From assembly GCA_001949185.1 (NCBI GenBank), contig BDGG01000007.1, positions 1,136,730 through 1,200,729 on the forward strand: a stretch of DNA of 64,000 bases. Reading direction: 5' to 3'. This document shows positions 36,764-50,414 of the stretch, one piece after another. Position numbers and translations under genes: made by a program. This DNA is from Ramazzottius varieornatus. Its lineage: Eukaryota > Animalia > Tardigrada. The notes beneath the pieces are model-generated. The model had not been told where the DNA came from. It ran no database searches and saw only the letters and a list, made by a program, of their open reading frames with translations. Position 1 is the stretch's first letter. Every line of letters begins with the position of its first letter.

Positions 36764-39700
36764 CACGCAGGACGAGATATTATGGGCCAGTAAAAATTAC
36801 AGGCCAGGCCTTTTCGCTGCGGTGGCACGGGCAGGTGATTCTTGCTACAAGTAAAAATCAACATCCAAGGCTGGACTGCTGTACGTACGTGCTAGATATC
36901 AAACCAAGGAGCTAGAACTTGCCATATTTATTATGAAATTTCGATCTCTGTTGAGTCTATTCTACCGGAACAAGCACACCTTCCACAGTCAGAATAACAT
37001 ACACCCAATTGTGGAATTTCTAAGCGTACCTAGGTGCGTAACGACAGACGTGGATAGATTGACAGTGACATATTAAGAATTTTCAGGTAAATTCAGTATA
37101 AAGCAAAAATAACGAAATGTGCTAGCAAAAACTAGCACAGAGCATACAACAAACTACACCACCTGTTTCTAAATATCTAAAACAAAATAGACCTCTTCTA
37201 AGTCCCGAGCATGAGGAAAAGTGCTCAAAACACAGGCGGAATTGTCTCTCTGAGTATCAATGGAGACTCGTTGGCGAAGAAATTCGGAAGATCTTTTCTC
37301 TCCCGTTCTTTCTCTCATCTTCTTTCCAATTTTATACAGGAGGTCTCTCGCGGCAGGTCTAAAGGTTCCGTAAACTTTGAAGCCAACAGGGCTGAAGAAA
37401 TACCTCCCTTCCAGGTTGGTGTACTTAACCACTTTCAGCCCTTCGGCTCTTTCCGCGGCATATCGAGCTTTATCGGAGCAGCCTGCAACATAAGTCTGGC
37501 ACAATGCATCAACACATGTTACATCCCAAACCAGTGCTTTCCCTTCCTTCCATGGGATCTGGGTAATTCCGTCAGGTCGCTTCACTGAGTTGTCACGGAG
37601 GATGCCGTTGGGCTCCAGTATGGTAGGGATCTGACACGACACGAGGACCCTCTTAATGGACTCATTCAGGGAAGAATGGCGGCTGTGGCGTCCGGCGGAG
37701 TACTTACAGCTGAGGCCGTGACGTCCATAGATGTCCACCTGTGCCGAACTCCGACAGGTATGGGCCTCACACAGCGGAGCACCCAAACGTACGCCGACGG
37801 AGATCCGGAGGGCGTCATCGTTAAGAAGATTGCCTAAGCAGGCAGCTGGCAATGCATGTAGCCAAGCGCCCGACTCTTTGGCGGACACAGCGAGCATCCT
37901 GGCCTTGTCCAGCACTGAGCTTGTTTCTAGTTTTTCAACGAAGCATCGGTCAGCAAGAGGCTAACCCCAGACACGCTGTACTCCTCTGAGGGCAGCTATC
38001 GGAGGCTCAGTTCCCGACTGAACACTCCAGCTTGCCAACTCATCGGCGCACAGGTCATCCACGTCGAAATCGGCGACCATTTCGGACACTAGACGTCTTG
38101 CAGAGTAGATCGACGCCAAATAGGCCGGGAGGGCAATCTGCTCTGCTCGACGGATGCCGAGGCCACCTTTACCCACTGGTAAGGTCGCTTGCTTCCATAC
38201 GTCGTCCGACATGTTGATGTTGGAGATCTGCGCAACGGAGTACGCCGTAGCAGCTCAGGGAAGGTCCAGGTTGGGCTACACCTTAGAACATACAAGAGTT
38301 TAGGCAAGAGTTTAGGCGAACATACAAAAGTTTAGGAAACAAAGCCTGGTGAGCAGCCAGCTTAGTGAGTCGTGAAGTCATCAAGCGTGCATGTCCAGTC
38401 TTCTCTTCCAAAACAGGAGTGATGGCTGGCGGGAGGACCGGCGCGCCGAGCAGCGTGAGACTTGCGTCCGTCAAGAAAACCATCTCGGGGCAAATGGAAC
38501 GAACGCAGATTTTAGTCTTCAGCTGGTACCGTTTCACTCCGCCAAAAACAAAGCACTCGCATTTTGACAGGTTCAACTCCAACCCAAGTGATGCGCACTG
38601 ATCCTTCACGGTTTCGAAATCCTCCAAGACGCTGGCCGTATCTCCACCAATGGTTGCATCATCCAGGTACCAGCAGTTGAACGGAGACACGAGCGACTTG
38701 GACAGTTTCCTCGTAACGTGGCAAAAGAACAAAGGACCCAGCGGATCCCCCTGCTGAACACAACGGGCCGAGGACAGCAACTTCTCGCCGAAGAAGAGGT
38801 TGGAAGGATGGCGATACAACTGATGAGCGGAGGCATAGTAATCTGGCAATGTTTCCCTCACTTCTGATAGAAGCCTTTCACGATAAACCGTGTTAAATGC
38901 GTTTTTGAAGTCAAGTTTTAGGAGTACTTGACAGTCATTGGTGTTGCTGCTGACGAAGAGACGAGCCGCGTGGACTGCCGCTTCAGCTCCTCCTCTCGTA
39001 CCGTAGCCGACTTGCTCTGGGCGTAGGAGTTCACCCATCGAGAGCATGACCCGCTTGCTGACGATCTTTCCAGCTATGCGACGTAGCGTGCTGCCGACGG
39101 CGATCGGGCGAATACCACCGTCCTTCTTTTTAAGTGCCGTGAGCGACGCACCGTAAAGGAAAGGGCATATATCCGCAGGGACCTTTCCGCTCAGCATGAT
39201 GGTCATCAATCCTGCGAGTGCCTCTGTCAGCTCGTTGGAGGCCACGTCGGTGAGACCATTCGTCAGGTCCTTCAGGTGCGGCGGACGCAGACCATCAGGT
39301 CCTCCTCCGGATCCGTTAGGGAAGCTGATAATTGCCTGGCTGATTTCGTGCGGAAGAACCGGTGGAACAGCGACATCAGACTCAGGCTCAGGAGAAAAAC
39401 TGGTGACGTCCTGTTCCGGTGGGTGTTTTAACCGCGGTGCTTCCAGCACTTCAGCAGTGCGTGGTGCGATGGAATCTTCCGAGACTAAGGTTCTGACAGC
39501 ACCACCGATGTTACCTTCGTTGACTTTGCCCTCCACGCGTTTACGCAGAGCGGCATCCTCATCTGCAGGCTTACTAGGCTTTCCCTTGTTAATCGTTGGA
39601 GACTGCGCGGTTGCTGGGCGAAGGATATTGTCTTTGACAAGCGAGATGAGGTTCTCTTTACCTTTACTGGACTTGTCCGACTGCTTAAGAGCAACTGAAG

Positions 39701-41929
39701 CGAAACCTAGAAGCTTACACCACGTCTCGGTGTCGTTCTTCCTGGTGCAATCTTTGACAACGTTGAATAACGCAACAGCAGCGGCGGGCCGTGCACCTCT
39801 GGTTATCCGGCGCAAGGTTCGTGTAGACTGAAATGAATGACGTAACCTATCGACTGGTGAGAGCTGATTCTGGTCACCGACGGCTGCAGGTTGACTGGAC
39901 TTCTTAGCTTGAAGGGTCCTGCGTTTGCTGGAGCCTTTATGACGTTTCAAGCCTCCTTCAGTCTTGCACTCACTGGAGCACAGCTCACAGGTGAACACAG
40001 CGGCCATGTCGAGGAGATACCTGCCGGGAGATCCGAGGCTGCCTACAGGGTCGTATGATGATTGTTGCTCAGATCTGGTAGACTTAGGTAGCCTTCGTAC
40101 GGTGATTCCTGATTAACGTCACCAACAGCTGACTGGGAAAGTCCACCTACAAAACTGCACTACGGCAGCTTACTGGCCACAGCACCATAGGGTACAGAAC
40201 GTACCTGGCAGACTTATGTGGGCTTCAGCACACATAAGAAAGGAGAGGAAGCTGGATGAACGTCGCAGATACTGGAAGAACGTCGAGGCGGAGAAGATCC
40301 GGGTACGGCTGATGAGCTGGCCTTTCCGTCGACTGATTGCTTGAAACGCGTATCCTACAAAACTGTCTCAGCGGCAGATTTTTGACCACAACAACCATAG
40401 GGTGCAAAACGCACCTGGTGACCTTACGTGGCTTTCGAGACGTCCACAAAATGCTGCCAGAGATGGGGGGGGGATGAAGGGGAAGCGTAGGAAGTCCAGA
40501 GATTGCAAAATAGGATATTCGATGGATTGATTCTTACAGAATGATAGAGTAGATAGATTGAGCAACGAACACACTCGCGTACACGAGGACATCTGACCTT
40601 TGTTCTGACTCGAACTTAGTGAACGACAGCCGTTTGGTCTTGTTGCCGCCGGCACAGTTTGAGTCTATTACGTAATACTCGCGGAGCTTATTAATAAACC
40701 TTGCATGCGACTTGATACCCCATGTGTCCCATGTCAAACCACTTCAGGTGGTCCAACATGAGATTTTTGGGCACGAGCTGTCGCTGCGGAACTGATTTTG
40801 TTCGTAAGTTTGTGTTTGAACCCCTCTGCTGAACTTTGCTCAGTGAAGGGCAAAGTACAACGTTAACGGAGACAAGCTTGCGAATGGAATGTGACTGAGG
40901 ATGGAACAGAAGGAGATAAGGCTATATCATTGCATTCTGAGTCACAGGGAGTAATTCAATGGTTGGGAACTTGGGATACGCGCTGCCATCATCCCAGTTC
41001 CCGTTTTCTTCCCTTTTACCCTCCCTCGGCGGCAACAGTGCCCGTTAGGGTGCCGCCCCGCGAATCTCTTTGGCTCTTTCTTGATTTCGATAGTTTTTAA
41101 CATGGAACTGGCTTGATATATCGATATATCACTGCAATAAAATTCGATATATGAACAATAACATATCAGTAACGTATCATATCGAAATATCGATACGTGG
41201 TTGATATCTAGAACGAAATATAAATATTGAAAAATACTAATCAGAAAATAACATATCGTATTTTATCGTATTTATCCCAGCACTACTCAATGGTACTCAG
41301 AAACCAAAACCACTGGCAAGAACGAATATAGAGGAAGTGAAAACGACTCTAACTTTAGGTGTTCCCATCCCATCCACAAACACGCGCAGTTGAGTCTTGT
41401 TGCGCGAAAATCCAGTATTCCCAAATTTCTTCAGCAGGTCGACCATCAGTCTTTCTTCGGAAGTATTCAGCTTTCTTCCTCACCGATCTTCTTTGCTGTG
41501 GTATCTTCGACATGGCGCTTGACGGTGGTGCGCGGAACTTTAGACATCCGAGCTGCTTCGCGCAGTGCCATTCCATCCTCGACATTCGAAAGAGCGTCCT
41601 CCAGAGTTTCTTCGGTGTATTACCAATGCCGCGTGGTCTTGAAAGGCTGGGACATTTTCAAAAACGCTTGCGGGACGGATATCGAGACACCGAGTCCAGA
41701 GCTTCCCGAGTGAGAGTCGAATAGCCATGCAAAGCAGTGTTAAAGTGGAAATGTAAAACAGCTGACTAGCTGATAGCCACTGTCCATGACGACTTTTCTA
41801 CGGTTGAATTTTACTCTCAATACGTCATTTGTCCGATTTCTGTTTCTCACTTCCATATAAATTGTAAATTTGCCGTCTTTTCCGCCTGGCCCGTAATTTT
41901 CACTGGCCCATACTATCTCGCCCTGCGTG
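36764..41929 (-). mobile_element. Pogo-like DNA transposon relic with pipsqueak-type HTH remnant
   Basis: ~45 bp TIR CACGCAGG(A/G)CGAGATA(T/G)TATGGGCCAGT..AAATTAC.GGCCAGGC, TA duplication. Minus strand ~41505-41620 reads YTEETLEDALSNVEDGMALREAARMSKVPRTTVKRH. Confidence 0.82.
37063..40551 (-). mobile_element. CRE-clade non-LTR retrotransposon (C2H2 finger, RT, restriction-like endonuclease), frameshifted; coding 40007-37169
   Basis: CELC..H finger. RT motifs IRPIAVG, KLDFKNAFN, QQGDPLGP, WYLDD. C-terminal CR..GRHGLSC, RPDG..WDVT, QRDNS. Candidate 10 bp TSD GATAGATTGA at 37053 and 40552. Confidence 0.9.
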
Positions 41930-42593
41930 TACTCTAAAAGCGGGCTAGCCTATCGGCAGTGAAGAGAACGAATCAAAAACTGTTTTAGACGAGACAGTTT
42001 TTCTTTATGGTTGATTATAACAGTTGATCAAACTTATACTCACTCCACAGGTGACTGCCCAAATGGGAGGCAACAGAGTCCGTAACACTCGACAGAACGT
42101 GCATGTTGGTCTGAAAGTTTTCCTCCTGGACATCTATTTATCCCAGCTCGACGTACTCGGATTTGGAAATCAATTTTCATCCAGTAATACAGTAAACGAA
42201 TTGCTGCTGAATGTTACAGTATCAATTGGTCCATAATACTTTGATGCGCGCCCATAGCTGCCGCCCACTTTTGGAGTAGCTTATTCGCCTACACTGTACG
42301 TGAACCGATCGGGTATTGATTTCTGCACGTCCGTGTTCGAGATCGATATGAACACAAAGAAAAACCGCGCACTCACTTTATGGCCGAGACCATTGTTGGC
42401 TTTACCTGGAAGTACGTAAACTTCCATAGTCAACAAAAACCTTTCTTTGAAGGCTGTGTCGTTGCTGCCGTACACAGCTCAAAGAATATGCAGTATTAAA
42501 AACCAGATAAATGTTCCGACCATGTAAACTCCTATTTCATTTGCAAGTCTACCTTTCATGCCCGATCTGTAACACATTGGAAACTTATTCAAC

Positions 42594-45500
42594 ATGTCCA
42601 GCAGAGGTGGGCAATGATAATACTAATATATCAGATGTAATTTCGTACAGCTTTAATTTTTGCAGATAACGAAGCTTTCGAGAGTGATGAAACCGGCGCC
42701 GGTATTCGCAAATCTTCTGTCATCGGTTTGCCACTGGAACCCGTAGGAAACGAGGGAAACAAGGTGGCTGTGAAAACCAAGGAGCGCAACGACGATTTGA
42801 AGGAAGCGAAGCAGGACAAGGCTGCCCAGGTTGGGGTGTTCGAAATCGTAAGTATCGCCTGGAATATCTTCTTATCGTGAACGATGTTGGTCGATCACGG
42901 CTACAACATTACGCATCAACTGCAAGTGCTTCGGTCCATCATAGTTTCGATTTGCGGACAAATGGGACATAATGCTTATGGTCGTTGGGACCATCTGCGC
43001 CACTATCTTTGGACTTTGTCTACCTGTCATGGTACGTAGAGCAGTCAAAAAATATTCCCACCACAAATCCGCCATGATCCAGAATATCGCACGTGACAGT
43101 TCTCTTTCTTTCCCCAATAAATAGATTATTGTTCTGGGAGACATGACCAATTCTTTCATTCAAGATGGACGAAAAACCGAGATAGCCCAACAACTAAGTA
43201 CAGGTATGCATATGGGTAGTACTTTCTTCGAAGCTCCAGAACATATTTTTATTGCCGTACATACTGCGAAGTGTGGGCAGTGGGTAAATAAGGAAGCTGT
43301 AAAGGTTTCATATCCACCACTTCTGCTGATCCTGCTATAGTATTGTCAATACTTACTGCCATTGTGTAGGTTCCGCGGCTGTTGATGGACTGACTGACAT
43401 CCCAGAAGCTACGACCAACACCACATATTCACCCAGCGTCGAATCGTCGATGAAGCTGTTTGCGTACTATTATGTCGGTATCGGCTTCATCACGCTGCTT
43501 ACCGGTTACATAATGATCGCCTTTTGGGTCTGGGCTTCAGCTCGCCAGACCCACCGTATACGCCTTGCCTACTTCCGCGCCATCATGCGACAGGATATTG
43601 GCTGGTACGACGTCAACAAACCCAGCGAGCTTGCCACACGTCTCGCCGAGTAAGTCCAGAGGCATACTGCAAAATTTGTAACCTCGAAAAACGAATTCAC
43701 GCCAATCGCTGTCTCACGTGCCGCACGTGTTCATTGATATTGGCCGAGAGCGTGCGTCACTTGGAAAAACGATGTGGGTGGTCTGATTTGAAATCGTCTC
43801 ATTTGTATTTCGCGACATTGAACAAAATACTGCAGTGATCTGGGAAAGATTCAATCGGGAATCGGGGATAAAATTGCCCTCCTGTTCATGGGTTTGTCTT
43901 CCTTCGTGGCTGGTTTTGTCATCGGGTTTATTTACGGTTGGGAACTGACTTTGGTTATTCTTGCCTTCACGCCGTTGCTTGCCTTCTGTGCGTCGATGAT
44001 GGTCAAGGTACGAGCATACCCAATGGAAATTAGTCTGTGGTGTCGATAGGAAGCCATTTCGGTCTTTACAGTTTTCCACCAGCCTGTCGACAAAGGAGTC
44101 GCTGGAGTACGCGCAAGCTGGTTCGGTTGCCGAAGAAGCGCTCTCGTCCATCCGTACAGTTGCAGCTTTGGGAGCTGAAGACCGGATTGTGGCCAAGTAC
44201 ACGGTGAACCTGCAGAACGCCAAGCGGACCGGTATCAAGAAAGGTTTCATCTTCGGCACGGGAATGGGCTTTTTCTGGCTGGTGATTTACTGTGCCTACT
44301 GCGTGGCGTTCTGGTACGGCGCGAAGCTGGTTCGGGATTCCCTTCGTAGTGGAAGTCTGCGCTATGATGGTGGAACCATCTTGACTGTATGTACCATGCA
44401 GCACTTGGAAATTCTCGACTCAAATGCTCGTTATTTTATAGGTTTTCTTTGCCGTGTTAATTGGAGCATTGTCGTTAGGAAATGCAGCGCCCAGCCTGCA
44501 AGAGTTCTCCATAGCTCGCGGCGTGGCAGCACTGGTCTATGAGCTGATTGATCGTACGCCACCTGTCGACACCCGGTCAACAAAAGGGAAAGCGCCGAGC
44601 AGCATGAGTGGCCGGGTCCGATTCAAAAACGTGGCTTTTGCCTATCCCGCTCGCAAAAATGTACCCATCATACGAAACTTGACCTTAAGCATCAATGAAG
44701 GGGAAACAGTTGCATTTGTCGGACCATCAGGGTAAGATTAGCTGTTGCCACCGCTGACGAAGAGATTTTATTAGCGGCGTTTTGCCGGTTTTTCACGATG
44801 ATTCGTACAGAAGTCCACAATTTTTCAGATGTGGTAAGTCTACAACGATCGCGCTTCTGCAGCGTTTTTATGACCCTGACGGGGGAGAAGTCTATGTTGA
44901 CGATATCAAAGTTCGTGACTGGGACATCAACCAGCTGCGCAGCTTCATTGGGGTAGTGTCTCAAGAGCCAGTGCTGTTCGGAACAACCATCGGCGAAAAC
45001 ATTCGATATGGACGACCGGAAGTCAGTCAGGTATACTACGTTCCGTCAGGACAAATTTCAGAATGCGTTCCAGTCAATCAAGAGCTCGCACTTTTTTAGG
45101 ATGATATTGAAGTGGCTGCCAAGAAAGCCAACTGTCACCAGTTCATCATGGAGCAGCCACAAAAATACGACACGATCGTCGGCGAGAGAGGCTCGCAGTT
45201 ATCCGGTGGGCAAAAGCAACGCATAGCTATAGCTCGAGCCATCGTCCGCGACCCTAAAATTCTCTTACTCGACGAAGCCACTAGCGCCCTTGACGCCAAC
45301 AGCGAGAAAGCCGTCCAGGAGGCGCTGGACGAGGCGCGCCAAGGGCGAACCACCATCATCATTGCCCATCGTCTCAGTACCATCCGCGGTACCGACAAGA
45401 TTATCGCCATGGAAAACGGTGGAGTAGTCGAAGTTGGAACTCACAACGACCTCATGCAGCAAAAAGGTCTGTACTATCGTCTTGTTACCAACCAGTCGAA

Positions 45501-47855
45501 AGAGGATGCTGAAAAGGCTGAGAATATGGAAAGTGGAGGGCCGGATGTTGTGCCTGAAGCCGAGCGACCAACGCAACGCGAGAGCGTCATCACGTTGCGC
45601 GGTATCGAGGTGGAAGATGGGGTCGTAAAGGCGACGAAAGATGCAGACGTGTCGATGAGCCGAATATTCAAGTTGAACAAGCCAGAGTGGGGATACATCG
45701 TGGTGGGGTGGATAGCTGCCATGATTACCGGCGCTTCACAACCGGCTTTTGCCATCCTGTTTTCGCAGTTGATTAGGGTCTTCATGACGGTCGATTTGGT
45801 CAAACAGGAACAAGACGCATTGACGTTCTCGCTGTGCTTCATCGCCATTGGCGTCGGTACTTTCCTCAGCTGGTTTCTCCAACGTAAGATTACTCTTAAG
45901 CGCTGTGATGGTCTGAAGTCAACCGACACCTTCATTTTTAGATTCCATGTTTGCCATATCGGGTGAAAACCTGACCGTCAGATTGCGCCAGCAAACCTTA
46001 CAAGCCATGCTGCGACAAGAAATCGGCTGGTTCGATCGTCAGGAGAACAACACCGGCGCGTTAACCACGAGATTGGCGAGTGACGCGTCTGCTGTTCAAG
46101 GGGTACGTACACACCTTTCTGTTTTCGGGTCTCTTGATTTCGTCCAGGCTATGGATGTAAAAGTGTTCTGGTACAATACAGATTATTCTGTAGGCCGCGG
46201 GTGTTCGAATTGCCACTTTGCTACAAGCCGGCACTCTGCTATTGGCGGCTTTAATCATCGCCTTTGTCTACAGTTGGAAGCTTTCCCTGGTAGTCCTGGC
46301 TTTCGTCCCTCTGGTGGTGCTCGGTGGGCTGTTCCAGAACCGCGTGCTTGTCGGACAAGCTGGTCGCAACCAGAAGTCCCTCGAGGCGGCAGGAAAAGTC
46401 GCATTCGAGAGCATCTCCAACTTCCGTACGGTTTGCATGCTCGGTCTTCAGAACCACTTCTACGACTCGTACAAATCAGCGCTGAAAGCTCCCATGCGGA
46501 ATGAAGTAATCAAAGCCCATACCTACGGTATTGCCTACAGTTTCTCCCAGTCCGTCATTTACTTCTCCTACGCAGCAGCCTTCACTTTCGGAGCGTACTT
46601 GATCGGACAGGGCGAGATGGATTTTCCTGATGTCTTTCGGGTATTTGGCGCACTTGTCTTTTGTGCCATGGGACTGGGTAACACCTCAAGTTGGGCACCG
46701 GACTACGCTAAAGCCAAAGCGGCATCTGCAAGAATATTCGGTTTAATTGACCGGAAACCCGAGATTGACAGTAGCTCTTCGTCTGGTAAGATGCTGGACA
46801 ACTTGCAGGGACATATCGAGTTTACGGACGTTCAGTTCGTTTTTCCCACACGTCCCAAAACTAAGGTAGAAAGCTCCCTGTGTAAGCTACTGAAAGTCTG
46901 GTCAACCAATTACTTGCCTGTACTGCAGGTTTTGAGAGGCCTGAATCTCAGTATCAGTCCTGGCCAAACCTTGGCACTGGTTGGTCATTCGGGCTGCGGA
47001 AAGAGCACAACCATATCCCTGGTCGAACGATTCTACAACGTGTTATCGGGAAATGTGGTATGCGGATCTTGAAGATGTTTATTGTAGGTCTATGGTTCAG
47101 TACTGACGTTGTAAGTTGTTTTCTCACAGACTTTGGATCGGTTTCCTCTGGATGGACTCAACATTCGCTGGTTGAGATCTCAACTTGGTTTTGTCCAACA
47201 AGAACCAGTCCTCTTTTCGGGCACTGTTAAAGAAAACATCTTATACGGGTGCGCCGATAAGCAAGTCGATATGGACAAGGTGATAGCTGCGGCAAAAGAC
47301 GCCAACATACACGGTAACTACAGTACTTTGTTCTTTCGCGCGCCAGTTTGGTTTTCGTTTATTTCTGTCCTGCATGAAACATGACCATTCAGCGTTGGTC
47401 TCGATAGGTTTCATCATGAACCTTCCGTCTCAATACGACACGCATTTGGGAGACCGTGGCTCACAGTTATCTGGCGGTCAGAAACAACGTATCGCTATCG
47501 CCCGCGCCATCATCCGCCGTCCGAAGATCTTGCTGCTGGACGAAGCAACGAGTGCTCTAGACACCGAATCCGAAAAAGTGGTGCAGGATGCGCTAGACCG
47601 AGCTCAGCAAGGTATGGGCAGATGTTTATGTTAAAAAAGTGGCTAGCCTAAGCGACAAAACGCCTTTGACGTGCTGTCTTGTTAACAGGACGGACATGCA
47701 TTGTGATTGCTCACCGACTGAACACCATCCAGAATGCCGACAAAATCTGCGTGATCGCACACGGTAAAGTGGCAGAACAAGGCAGTCACGACCAGCTAAT
47801 GGCAATTAGAGGTGTCTACTGGAAAGCATTTACCACATTACGTGGAGCATCATGA
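42594..47855 (+). CDS. ABCB1: Full-length ABCB1/MDR P-glycoprotein; multi-exon
   Basis: FRFADKWD N-terminus, two TM domains and two NBDs (GPSG/CGKST and GHSGCGKST Walker [26 protein letters not shown]). GT-AG introns. TGA at 47853. Confidence 0.95.
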
Positions 47856-48468
47856 GTTTTCCGTTAGAATTTTCCGTCTGAGGGGTCTTGTATCTTTTAT
47901 ATTAATGAACTTACGCTTTCCTTGTTCTCCTTTGCACATAACTTTTCCGTGTGGAGATGGAAGTTCGAGCTTGAGAGCAAATGGGTGTTAGCGGCCCATT
48001 TTGCGTACGAACGATTGCCAGTCAAATTGTTCGGGAAACGAGTATGTGATTTTGGGAGCCCCAAAGGGCAATCTTGAACGACTAATGCGATCTAGTGTAA
48101 AGAACATGGAAGAACGCGATTTTGAGATCCGTTTAACCATCTGACTATTGGCCAGATGGCTACGTCAGGAAACTGAAAGGGTCCAAATGTTGGGCTGAAA
48201 AAGTTTTGACGTGACAATAGTGTCATACATCGCATAAAGGCACATGTGATGGTTTTGGCACAGGGCCTTAGCAGGCAGGAAAGTTTCTGCTATTATTCAA
48301 CTATAAAGTTTCCCAGAGTATCTTCCCAAAAGGGCGAACAGTTTTTGAGACTTTGAGTCACGGTAAAAATAGCACGTGATGCCCTTCGATATTGTCTATG
48401 ACTTTAACACTAGTACTCTGGGTACCAGGTTTCCCGTGTACCTAATGATGCTATGTGATCCAAACTAA

Positions 48469-48895
48469 CCCCGGCAAATTAACCCCATCGACCGTAGCGC
48501 GAATCCGAAAGTATACAGTGACGAGGAGTACGGTCGAACTTCACCCATCGAAGGTGATTGTCCGGAATTTGTGGAACGCGAACTGAAGGAAGTCACTCTG
48601 GATCTCATCCGTCGTTCCAGGATAGTTGAGGGAGAAGGTAAATTTGCTTTCTTCAACGAGGAAAAGAACGAAGGTGTCACCGCTGTCCTCAACAGGTAAA
48701 CTGTGCCCCAACACTCTGTTTTCCATTTTGCGTAGGTCGTGTTTGGTGATATTTTTATTTCAGACTCCGTATCGCCCTAGACGAGATCGTTCCAGACAAG
48801 CGCCGCCATCAACGTGGAAAGTATTTCCGCTTCCTCGAGTCTGTCATAGACTACAAAATGGAAACCATTAAGAAGTATTTGTACAATGACAATTA
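48469..48895 (+). pseudogene. Two-exon fragment of an unknown protein
   Basis: Open frame PRQINPIDRS...TAVLNR splices (48696-48763 GT..AG) in frame to LRIALDEIVPDK...KKYLYNDN*. An in-frame stop lies upstream and no start was found. Confidence 0.35.
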
Positions 48896-50414
48896 AATTC
48901 TTCTTTCTCGGTGTCGAGCTTGTACGGAACCGTCTTTTCTTTTATTCTCTATTCTTTCGTTTCTGAAGACATTTCAAAACAGCGCTTATCTGGCTCAGTT
49001 TTTCAATTTAATAATTCTTGCTCAATATCGTGGTCAGAATCATAAAGTGCAACGGTAAGATACCCGCAGTGGGGTTCCAATTGGCTCTTAGCAGACATAA
49101 AACATTCCGGTAATGCTACGTAACGCATACTTAGGGCGCCTGTGAGGGTACACTAATCAGTCTCTCACCGTATTCCCGCAGTAAAACTGAACCGTCCGAG
49201 TAAGACACTGAGAGCAGAATACACAAGTTGTAGACCTGCCAAATTTTCAAGACACCGCTGATGGATGTTAAACACCAGTAATAATCGGTAGTGTATCGAA
49301 TCCACTTCTAGTGTCTTACTATTTTGACTTTTTTATCTAGGCCCAGTGCTTTAACTGGCTAGACCTAGAGGCGGAACCAGGTTTAACCAATCACCTTGGA
49401 TCCAAAATTTGTGAATCTCACATCTTGATGATGTCACCAGTTGCGATATTTCACGCCAACACCAATGAAATTTTCTTACAGTGGCCGATCAATAGCAAGT
49501 ACTCGTCTGACTTGATACCTGGTTGTAGCAGACTACGCAGGACTTTCCAGATTATTTCGGGACGAACTGGACATCTCATTGGCTTGGGGGGAAATCCTAA
49601 CGAAGTAGCGTCGGAGACAGCGGATGTCAAACTTCTGCTTGTCCAAATTTTGCTGAGACTGATGGACGCTCGTCACCACCTTTAGACGACAGACTAGTGT
49701 TTTGTCGAGGTAGAGCAAAAAATTTCCGGACGAGAAGGGTCAAACAGACGTTAGAAAGTTTGGAAACACCGCCCTGATGCCATGGCCATCAAAACCGTAG
49801 CTGAAACCTCCTGGAAGCCCCGAAGTTTTAGCTGCGGTCCAGATACGAACCCACAGGAAACCAAAAAACGACATGAAACTGACATTACTGGTTTACCTAT
49901 GGAAAATATAAGTTTATGGGACATGGATAAGTTCTGAATTTTTTATGGTTTTTACTGGAAGACGAACCCTAACAAAACCCAAAAACTGATTTTCATCGCT
50001 GTTGATTCCCACTGCTCCTGAAATAGCCAAACAGCGAACAGGAGAAGAAAATTGAGCGCAAGAAACTACATCTCAACTTAAAGATAACCTGAATACCTTA
50101 AATCGACAGTACAGGCGTCTAAGAGGCCGAGGAAGAGATCTTTGAGGAGACAAAGCCACTGGGAAACACAATGCAAAGCAGGTCGTTGTAGCCTGCTACG
50201 GTATTCTATCCATCCCCACTGGCGACTGGTTTTGCTCGAAGTGCGCATTCCATCGGGCCAAGAGTAACGGACAAGCTGATGAAACCCCCAAAGCGGCCAC
50301 GGATTCGGACGCGCAGAAAAGCCTCCCAGCTGTGGATAAACTGGCAGGATGGCGTCGGATTTTGACTGAGCTAACAACAGCTCCACTAACAAGGATCCAG
50401 CTAACAAGGCTCTA

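Larger units (their letters stand above)
36744..42296. mobile_element. MITE of the CAGTGTAGGCAAATA family, split by nested insertions
   Basis: The left TIR is interrupted at its internal TA (36762) and resumes at 41932 (CTCTAAAAGCGGG). Right TIR ends ...TTATTCGCCTACACTG at 42296. TA flanks. Confidence 0.82.

Noticed and set aside
38288-38340. Repeated AAGAGTTTAGG units resembling telomeric or CRISPR repeats
   Set aside because: A local slippage duplication of the LPKLLYV codons inside the retrotransposon.
39196-39831. Antisense ORFs in retrotransposons, ABCB1 and SLC13 (e.g. 51220-51663, 45474-45935)
   Set aside because: Shadow frames of real coding sequence.
27097-47855. P450, chemoreceptor and ABCB1 as a detoxification cluster
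   Set aside because: Large families in a gene-dense genome, separated by TEs, with no shared regulatory signal seen.
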